Assembly: GCA_044866005.1 (NCBI GenBank)
Contig: JBIOTN010000031.1
Location: forward strand, 1-23,332
Source of the DNA: Candidatus Rokuibacteriota bacterium
GTDB lineage: Bacteria; Methylomirabilota; Methylomirabilia; Rokubacteriales; DASRDR01
Length of the DNA stretch: 23,332 nt
Reading direction: 5' to 3'
The notes beneath the pieces were generated by a model that was given only the letters and a program-made list of their open reading frames with translations, was not told where the DNA came from and did not search any database. Positions 17,191 to 23,332 of the stretch are shown here, piece by piece (the first letter of the stretch is position 1; the number at the start of each line of letters is the position of its first letter). Both the position numbers and the translations under genes were made by a program.

Positions 17191-17267
17191 TCCACTCCGC
17201 GCGGCGGCTGCCGCCGCCACGACGGGGGGGCATCGGGGGGGTCGTCCGAGACCCCCCGATGCCCTAG
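17191..17267 (+). repeat. REP-like element, copy C, abutting the dehydratase stop
   Basis: tccactccgc + hairpin gcggcggctgccgccgc + cacgacgggggggcatcgggggggtcgtccgagaccccccgatgccctag. The stem extends over 17228-17264. Confidence 0.85.
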
Positions 17268-18998
17268 CTAGCGGGTCCGCGGGGCGCGCAGGAAGTCGAA
17301 GTCGCAGCCCTCCGAGGCCTGGAGCACCCGCTCCGCGAAGAGCCGGCGGTAGCCGCGTGGGGGCGCGACCGCGGGCGGGTGCCACCCTGCGCGCCGCCGC
17401 GCCAGCTCGTCATCATGGACGAGGAGGTCCAGCCGCCGCGCCTCGGCGTCCAGCACGATCTCGTCCCCGTCTTCCACGAGCGCGAGCGGTCCGCCGACGG
17501 CCGCCTCGGGCGCCACGTGGAGCACCACGGTCCCGCCCGCCGTCCCGCTCATCCGCGCGTCCGAGACCCGCACCATGTCGCGGACGCCCGCCGCCAGGAG
17601 CTTCCTGGGGATCGGCAGCGAGCCCGCCTCCGGCATCCCCGGCCCGCCCACCGGGCCCGCGTTCTGGAGGACCAGCACGCTCGCCGGCGTGACGGCCAGG
17701 GCGGCCTCGTCCACGCGGGCGGCGAGGTCCGCGAGGTCCCGGAACACGCACGCCGGCCCGCGGTGCCGGAGGAGCGCGGGCGTCGCGGCGGAGACCTTCA
17801 GCACGGCCCCGGCCGGGGCGAGGCTCCCGCGCAGGATGACGAGGCCGCCCTCGGGCCGGAGCGGGCGGTCGAGCGGCAGCACGACCTCCTGCCAGGCGCC
17901 CGGCGGGGGCGTCGCGTCCAGGAGCGCGCCGAGGGTCGTCCCCGACACGGTCCGCGCGTCGCGGTGGAGGAGCGGCTCGAGCACCTTCATGACCGCCGGG
18001 AGCCCGCCGGCCTCGGCCAGGTCTTCCATGTGGTAGCGGCCCGACGGGCGAACGTTTCCCACCAGGGGCGTCGTGCGCGCCAGGCGGTCGAAGTCGTCGA
18101 GCGCCAGCGGGACGCCCGCGCGCCCGGCGATGGCGAGGAGGTGGACCACCGCGTTCGTGGAGCCGCCCAGCGCCATGAGGACGCGCACGGCGTTCTCGAA
18201 GGCGGGGCGGGTGAGGATCGCGGAGGGCCGCAGGTCCTCCCGCGCCATCTCCACGATTCGCCGGCCGGCGGCCTCCGCGAGGCGGAGGCGCCGCGCGAGG
18301 GGCGCCGGGATCGCCGCCATCCCGGGCAGCGTCATGCCGAGCGCCTCGGTGAGCGCCGCCATCGTGCTGGCCGTCCCCATGACCATGCAGGTCCCGCTCG
18401 ACGGGAAGAGCTCGCCCTGAATCGTCTCGAGCCGGTCGGCGTCGAGCGCGCCGGCCCGGTGCTCGCTCCAGAAGCGCCGGCAGTCGGTGCACGCGCCGAG
18501 CCGCGCGCCCTCGTAGCGGCCCGCCAGCATGGGACCCGCCGTCACCACGATCGCCGGCCGGTCGGCGCTGGCGGCGCCCATGAGCTGGGCGGGCAGCGTC
18601 TTGTCGCAGCCGCCGAGGAGGACGACGCCATCCATGGGCTGCCCCAGCACCATCTCCTCGGTGTCCATCGCCATCAGGTTCCGGAAGAGCATGCTCGTGG
18701 GCGAGAGGAAGATCTCGCCGAGCGAGATCGTCGGGAACTCGAGCGGGAGCCCGCCGGCCTGCCACACCCCACGCTTGACCGCCTCGGCCACCTCGCGGAG
18801 GTGCCGGTGACACGGGTTGAACTCGCTCCACGTCTGCGCGATGCCGATGACGGGACGGGCGAGGTCCTCGCCGGTGAGCCCCGCGCCGCGCGCGTACGCG
18901 CCGCGGATGAAGAGGCTGAAGGCCGCGTCGCCGTAGTGGGTGAGGCCCCGCCGGATGCCGTGGGGGGCGGGGCCGGCGCCGGAACGGGTCTGGCTCAT
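17268..18998 (-). CDS. IlvD/Edd family dihydroxy-acid dehydratase, probably sugar-acid (pentonate-type) clade
   Basis: [2Fe-2S] cysteines in FNPCH, GGCDKT and GTCMVMGTAST; GGSTNAVVHL; GPVGGPGMPE; SDARMSGT. GAGGAGG RBS before MSQTR. Confidence 0.93.
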   Translation of the reverse strand: MSQTRSGAGPAPHGIRRGLTHYGDAAFSLFIRGAYARGAGLTGEDLARPVIGIAQTWSEFNPCHRHLREVAEAVKRGVWQAGGLPLEFPTISLGEIFLSPTSMLFRNLMAMDTEEMVLGQPMDGVVLLGGCDKTLPAQLMGAASADRPAIVVTAGPMLAGRYEGARLGACTDCRRFWSEHRAGALDADRLETIQGELFPSSGTCMVMGTASTMAALTEALGMTLPGMAAIPAPLARRLRLAEAAGRRIVEMAREDLRPSAILTRPAFENAVRVLMALGGSTNAVVHLLAIAGRAGVPLALDDFDRLARTTPLVGNVRPSGRYHMEDLAEAGGLPAVMKVLEPLLHRDARTVSGTTLGALLDATPPPGAWQEVVLPLDRPLRPEGGLVILRGSLAPAGAVLKVSAATPALLRHRGPACVFRDLADLAARVDEAALAVTPASVLVLQNAGPVGGPGMPEAGSLPIPRKLLAAGVRDMVRVSDARMSGTAGGTVVLHVAPEAAVGGPLALVEDGDEIVLDAEARRLDLLVHDDELARRRAGWHPPAVAPPRGYRRLFAERVLQASEGCDFDFLRAPRTR

Positions 18999-19149
18999 CG
19001 TGGATTCCTCCTCGGGTTCGGGGGCGCGGTGGCTCGAGGCCGATCCAGGCGGTAAGATACCCGAATCGAGCTCGCGGCGGCGGGTCTCGCGGAGACCCGA
19101 CTCTCCCACAGGCCCGGAAGGTCCCGTCGCCGCCCTCAGGAGGACGCCG

Positions 19150-19818
19150 ATGGCGACCGCAGCCGAGCTGGCCGCGGAGCTCCGCCGGGACCTCGCGCCC
19201 CTGGAGCAGCGGCTCTCCGGTCATCCGTACGTCGCTGCGGTGGAGGAGGCGCGGCTGCCGCGCGATCGCCTCCGGGTCTTTGCCGGGCAGCAGCAGCGCA
19301 TCATCGAGAGCGACCTCCGGAGCATGGCGCTCCTCGTGCACCGGTACGGCGGCACGCCGAGCGGGGAGTTCTTCGTCGCCGGACTCCAGACCGAAGCGGC
19401 CGCCTGGCAGCGACTCGGCGCCTTCGCCCGGGGCCTCGGGCTCGGCGAGGCGGGGCTGGCCGCCGTCGAGCCGCTGGCCGGGGCGCTCGCCTACACGCAC
19501 TTCGTCGCGTGGCTGGCGCTCTACGGCTCCGACGCGGAGGTCGCCGCGGCCTTCCTGGTGAACCTCGCGGCGTGGGGGGAGAGCTGCGGCCGGCTGGCCC
19601 GCGCGCTGCGCGCGCGCTACGGCATGCGGGACGCGGAGGTCGCCTTCTTCGACCTCTTCGCGGGCGAGGCGCCGGGCTACGAGCCGGCGGCGCTCGCCGT
19701 CATCCAGGGCGGTCTCGATCGGGGCGTCCCGCCGCCCGCCATCCGCCACGCGGCGCGGCTCCTCCAGAGCTACGAGCTCATGTACTGGGACGCGCTCCAG
19801 GCCGCCGAAACGGCGTGA
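19150..19818 (+). CDS. TenA/THI-4/PqqC (heme-oxygenase-like) family protein, lacking the canonical catalytic Cys position
   Basis: N-terminal HPYV, QQQRIIESD, AYTHFV, FFDLFA, C-terminal YELMYWD. AGGAGG RBS. Confidence 0.8.
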   Translation: MATAAELAAELRRDLAPLEQRLSGHPYVAAVEEARLPRDRLRVFAGQQQRIIESDLRSMALLVHRYGGTPSGEFFVAGLQTEAAAWQRLGAFARGLGLGEAGLAAVEPLAGALAYTHFVAWLALYGSDAEVAAAFLVNLAAWGESCGRLARALRARYGMRDAEVAFFDLFAGEAPGYEPAALAVIQGGLDRGVPPPAIRHAARLLQSYELMYWDALQAAETA

Positions 19819-19873
19819 CCGGATCTCACGTAGAGACTCTCATCTGAGAGTGCGGCCCGGGGCCGCGGAATGC

Positions 19874-19903
19874 TTGACAGAGTCAGGCGGCCTGGGCTAT
19901 GAA
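19874..19903 (+). promoter_or_regulatory. Sigma70-type promoter candidate TTGACA-N18-TATGAA upstream of bactofilin
   Basis: Perfect -35 hexamer with a weak -10. Palindrome actctca-tc-tgagagt at 19836-19851 just upstream. Confidence 0.4.
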
Positions 19904-20099
19904 AGGGCGACCCCCGAAACCCGCCTGATATGACGGGTGTGCGAAAGGGAGGGGAGCGCCGGTCATGGCCCCTCGACGCCGTTCCTGGACTCTCCCGCGA
20001 CGCTTCTCGTCGGCGAGTTGGTCCACGGCAGGCGTCCGCCGGTCCGTCGGCGCGACGCCCGCAGGCCGTCCGGCGGCCCGCAGCCAAGGAGGCTGATAC

Positions 20100-20636
20100 A
20101 TGGCACTGTTCGACAAACAGCCCCGGAAGGACGAGCCCGTGATCAAACCCGAGCCCAAGCTCGACACTCCGCCGCCCGAGCGTCCCGCGCACTCGGCGCC
20201 GGCGCGCCCGCTCGACACCCTGCGGGGACTGGAGGAGAAGCCGATGTCGATCACCCCAGCCAAAGCCTCCGAGTCGATCCTGGCGGCGGGCCTGACGATC
20301 GAAGGCAAGATCGAGGGCAACGGGAACATCCGCGTCGCCGGTCGGTTCAAGGGCAACGTCAACGTCAAGGGCGAGCTGACGATCGAGCCCGGCGCCTCGA
20401 TCGACGGCGAGGTCAAGGCCGACACCGTGCTCGTGGGCGGCGAGGTGCGCGGACACATCGTCTCGAAGAGCCGCGTCGAGTTCAAGGAATCCGGCACCCT
20501 GATCGGCGATCTGAAGGCCGGCAGCCTGACCGTGGCGGCCGGCTCGAAGATGCGAGGCAAGGTGGAGTTCGGGTGGAAGGAGGGGGAGATCGAATCGGCC
20601 GCCCCTCCTGAGAGCGCGCCCGGCCTCGTTCGATGA
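20100..20636 (+). CDS. Bactofilin (polymer-forming cytoskeletal protein, CcmA family)
   Basis: Beta-helix repeats SILAAGLTIEGKIEGNGNIRVAGRFKGNV...VGGEVRGHI...LIGDLKAGSLTVAAGSKMRG, preceded by a Pro-rich disordered N-terminus. AAGGAGG RBS. Confidence 0.93.
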   Translation: MALFDKQPRKDEPVIKPEPKLDTPPPERPAHSAPARPLDTLRGLEEKPMSITPAKASESILAAGLTIEGKIEGNGNIRVAGRFKGNVNVKGELTIEPGASIDGEVKADTVLVGGEVRGHIVSKSRVEFKESGTLIGDLKAGSLTVAAGSKMRGKVEFGWKEGEIESAAPPESAPGLVR

Positions 20637-20995
20637 GCCTCCGCGCCGCGCCGACCGGCGAGGCCTGGAACTGCCCACACTGCGGGGAGCGGATCCTCCG
20701 CAGTGCGGCGACGTGCCCGGCCTGTCAGCGTCACCTCCGGTTCGACGCGGTGACCGTCGCGCGCCCCGCGCCGGCGGCGGTCTGCCCCCTCAGCGTGGAC
20801 GGGACGATCCGGCATCCGGGCACCGAGGCCCCGTGGGAGTACTCGGTGCTGATCGAGATCCACGACGAGCGGGGCGAGATGCTCGCCCGCCGGGTCGTCG
20901 GCGTCGGCGCGCTGAGACCCGGCGAGACGCGGAAGTTCACGCTGCGCGTGGAAGTGCTCGTGCCCGAGAAGTCGATGCTCACCGCCGTCTCCTAG
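20633..20995 (+). CDS. Zinc-ribbon protein (CPHC...CPAC) with a beta-rich C-terminal domain
   Basis: WNCPHCGERILRSAATCPACQ. ATGA overlap with the bactofilin stop. Confidence 0.8.
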   Translation: MSLRAAPTGEAWNCPHCGERILRSAATCPACQRHLRFDAVTVARPAPAAVCPLSVDGTIRHPGTEAPWEYSVLIEIHDERGEMLARRVVGVGALRPGETRKFTLRVEVLVPEKSMLTAVS

Positions 20996-21064
20996 AGCCG
21001 GCGGACTGAACCAGCACCGGGCAGTGTTTCGCCTCCACAACGCGGGATCGGCAGTCCGCGAGCG

Positions 21065-22372
21065 CTAGCCTTCGAGAAGGGGGCGAAGCGGGGCCGCCGC
21101 CTCCGGTAGCGCCAGCCCCAGGAGCGCGGCCGCCGTCGCGCCCACCTCCGTGAGCTCCGCGCCATCGAGGCGGGCCCCGGCCCGGACGCCGGGGCCGGCC
21201 GCGACCATCGCGGTGTGGAGCCACGCCCCGCGGGGCGGATGGCCATGGGTGCCCCGCAGGCGCGCCGGGCCCGTCGGCTCGTCTCCCGTCGCGGTCCCCG
21301 CGAAGTAGGCGTCCGGGCGGGCCAGCAGCACGAGATCGGGCGCGTGGGGATGGGCGCGCGGCTCGGGAAGGCCGGCCTCCCGCGGGTCGCACACCCGGTC
21401 GACGCCGGGGAGCGCCGCCAGCTCCCGTGCCAGCCGCGCGAGCAGCTCCTCCCGATCGCCGTCGCGGACCACCGTGAGCCCCCCGAACCCGCCATCGGCG
21501 GCGACGCAGGCGTCGCCGCCGATCACCTGCCCCGTCTCGTCCACGCGGAGCAGCCCTTGCTGGCGCAAGAGCACGTTCGGGAGGATGCGCGTCCGCGTGG
21601 CGGTGAAGCCGTGGTCCGACGTGACGACGATCGCGGTCGCCTCGAGAAGCGCCGCCTGCCGGAGCGCGGCGAGGAGGCGCCCGAGCTCGGCGTCCAGGTA
21701 GCCGAGCGCCCAGCGCGCCTCGGGCGAGGCGGGGCCGAACTCGTGCTGGTAGCCGTCGAGGGCGAGGTAGTGGACGAGGAGGAGGGCCGGGCGGTGGCGC
21801 GCGATCAGATGACGCGTGACGTCGGTCGTGAGCCGGTCCTGCATCGGCGTCTGCACGTAGACGTCGCTCCACGCCGCGTACCGGTCGATGGGGAGCCCCT
21901 CGGCCCTGAGCGCCGTCCAGAGCGCGGGCGTCGCGGAGCGCTCGAAGACCGCCTGGTCCAGCGCTTCGGGGACGGTGAAGTGAAGCGTCCGGGCCCCCCG
22001 GGTCTGCGGCCAGCAGACCGCCGCCGTCGTGAGGCCCGCCGCGTGGGCCACGTCGTAGAGGGTCGGGCTCGAGACGAGGCTCTCCTTGTCGTAGGCCCGG
22101 TCGCCCAGGTGCTCCTTGAGCCGGCGGTCGCGGCGGTCGAACACGACATTGCCCAGGACGCCGTGGCGGGCGGGAGGCACGGCCGTGATCAAGGACGTGT
22201 GGCAGGGCCAGGTGACGCCGGGGAGCGGCGTGCGCACGCGGCCGACGCGGGCGCCACGGTCCATGAGCCCGCGCAGATGCGGGAGCTCGAGGGCCGGCTC
22301 GTCCAGGTACGGGGCGGCCAGCCCGTCGATCGAGACCAGCAGGAGGCGGCGGCCTGCGGCGCGAGGCGGCAC
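21065..22372 (-). CDS. Alkaline phosphatase superfamily, type I phosphodiesterase / nucleotide pyrophosphatase (ENPP-like)
   Basis: LVSIDG, nucleophile Thr in GVTWPCH, HGVLGN, LDGYQH, TSDHG, GTHG. GTG start. Confidence 0.9.
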   Translation of the reverse strand: MPPRAAGRRLLLVSIDGLAAPYLDEPALELPHLRGLMDRGARVGRVRTPLPGVTWPCHTSLITAVPPARHGVLGNVVFDRRDRRLKEHLGDRAYDKESLVSSPTLYDVAHAAGLTTAAVCWPQTRGARTLHFTVPEALDQAVFERSATPALWTALRAEGLPIDRYAAWSDVYVQTPMQDRLTTDVTRHLIARHRPALLLVHYLALDGYQHEFGPASPEARWALGYLDAELGRLLAALRQAALLEATAIVVTSDHGFTATRTRILPNVLLRQQGLLRVDETGQVIGGDACVAADGGFGGLTVVRDGDREELLARLARELAALPGVDRVCDPREAGLPEPRAHPHAPDLVLLARPDAYFAGTATGDEPTGPARLRGTHGHPPRGAWLHTAMVAAGPGVRAGARLDGAELTEVGATAAALLGLALPEAAAPLRPLLEG

Positions 22373-22381
22373 GGTGGGGTC

Positions 22382-22390
22382 AGTATGGCA
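22382..22390 (-). promoter_or_regulatory. Extended -10 candidate TGcCATACT for the ENPP-like gene
   Basis: Reverse complement of agtatggca, 9 nt before the GTG start. Confidence 0.4.
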
Positions 22391-22425
22391 TGGCTCGCGC
22401 GCGGCCGGCCGGGCCGGGTCGCCTG

Positions 22426-22455
22426 TTGTCCGGGGGGCCGGCTTCGGCGTATAGT
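22426..22455 (+). promoter_or_regulatory. Sigma70-type promoter candidate TTGTCC-N18-TATAGT for the third SBP
   Basis: Good -10 and plausible -35 in the divergent intergenic region. Confidence 0.45.
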
Positions 22456-22547
22456 CGGCTCACAACCGTTTCTTCGCGCGGGCCCGTCCACTTCCCCCGG
22501 AATCCGGGTGCTCGGCCGTGGGGGCCGGCACCAAACGAGGAGGAGCC

Positions 22548-23332
22548 ATGATCGGCCGAGTTCGCCTCGTCACAGCGGCTGCCGCGGCCCTGGGGCTGGT
22601 CGCCGCGCTGTCCGGCACTCCCGCCCTCGGGCAGGCGCCCAAGCCCGGCGGCACGCTCACCTTGACCTTGCGGGAGGACCTGCCCCAGGGGTTCGCGATC
22701 CACGAGACCGCGACCATCTCCACCGTCTGGCCCGCCATGCCGTGCTTCAACAACCTCGTGCTGTTCGACCCCCTCAAGCGGACGGAGAGCGCCGACACGA
22801 TCATCGGCGAGCTCGCCGAGAAGTGGTCCTGGCAGGACAACTTCCGGAACCTGGTCGTCCTCCTGCGCAAGGACGTGAAGTGGCACGACGGCAAGCCCTT
22901 CACCTCCAAGGACGTCAAGTTCACGTTCGACATGCTGCGTGAGGCCGCCGACGCGCCCGCCAAGCTCCGCATCAACCCGCGCAAGGACTGGTACGTGAAC
23001 GTCGAAGCGATCGAGGCTCCGGATCGCCACACGGTGGTGTTCCGGCTCAAGCGCCCCCAGCCCTCGATCCTCCTGATGCTGGCCTCGGGCTACACGCCGA
23101 TCTACGCCGCCCACGTCCCGCCGGCCAGCTACCGGACCGGGTGCGTCGGCACCGGACCGTTCAAGCTGAAGGAGTGGCGGAAGGGCGAGTTCGTCGACTA
23201 CGTGAGGAACCCGGACTACTTCGTCAAGGGCCGGCCGTACCTGGACGGCATCCGCTACGTGATCGTGGCCGAGCGCGGCACCCGCGTCGCGGCGCTGCAG
23301 TCGGCGCAGGTCGACGTCGCCTATCCGGGCGA
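22548..23332 (+). CDS. ABC transporter substrate-binding protein, family 5 (partial, runs off the window; absent from the ORF track)
   Basis: GAGGAGGAG RBS. Translated by hand: MIGRVRLVTAAAAALGL...QAPKPGGTL...FNNLVLFDP...LAEKWSW...LRKDVKWHDGKPFTSKDVKFTFD...VGTGPFKLKEW...GRPYLDGI. No stop before the end. Confidence 0.93.
   Translation, partial: MIGRVRLVTAAAAALGLVAALSGTPALGQAPKPGGTLTLTLREDLPQGFAIHETATISTVWPAMPCFNNLVLFDPLKRTESADTIIGELAEKWSWQDNFRNLVVLLRKDVKWHDGKPFTSKDVKFTFDMLREAADAPAKLRINPRKDWYVNVEAIEAPDRHTVVFRLKRPQPSILLMLASGYTPIYAAHVPPASYRTGCVGTGPFKLKEWRKGEFVDYVRNPDYFVKGRPYLDGIRYVIVAERGTRVAALQSAQVDVAYPG

Noticed and set aside
17095..17195. tRNA or tRNA-Sec on the minus strand
   Set aside because: No T-loop (TTCGA) in position, no D-arm/anticodon geometry and no CCA end.
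1626..17264. Repeats as a CRISPR array
   Set aside because: Copies are kilobases apart in both orientations, with no regular spacers and no cas genes.
19915..19950. Hammerhead ribozyme (ctgatatga ... cgaaa)
   Set aside because: The core would need CUGANGA. The spacing is wrong and the three stems cannot be built.

Overview
Very GC-rich bacterial chromosomal window with about 21 protein-coding genes. I found no rRNA, tRNA, CRISPR array or transposase. The gene style and multiple family-5 substrate-binding proteins resemble Candidatus Rokubacteria/Methylomirabilota, but this is an inference. Gene order: 2-oxoacid dehydrogenase E2 and E3 (lpdA), a small membrane protein, an amidase-signature enzyme, a 29-codon gene remnant, a Dpp/Opp-type ABC cluster (two tandem paralogous binding proteins, two permeases, no ATPase), a KduD-like SDR, a stand-alone PaaA-like diiron protein, two small hypotheticals, a candidate sigma54-driven unit (33-aa repeat peptide, double-GNAT, atypical SAM methyltransferase), a membrane metal-dependent hydrolase, an IlvD/Edd dehydratase (-), a TenA-family protein, a bactofilin coupled to a zinc-ribbon protein, an ENPP-type phosphodiesterase (-) and a third binding protein cut by the window edge. 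The most notable unexplained signals are a modular REP-like palindromic repeat family in at least four intergenic regions, the peptide/GNAT/methyltransferase unit, and the orphan diiron protein. All calls come from reading motifs by eye; no searches were run.
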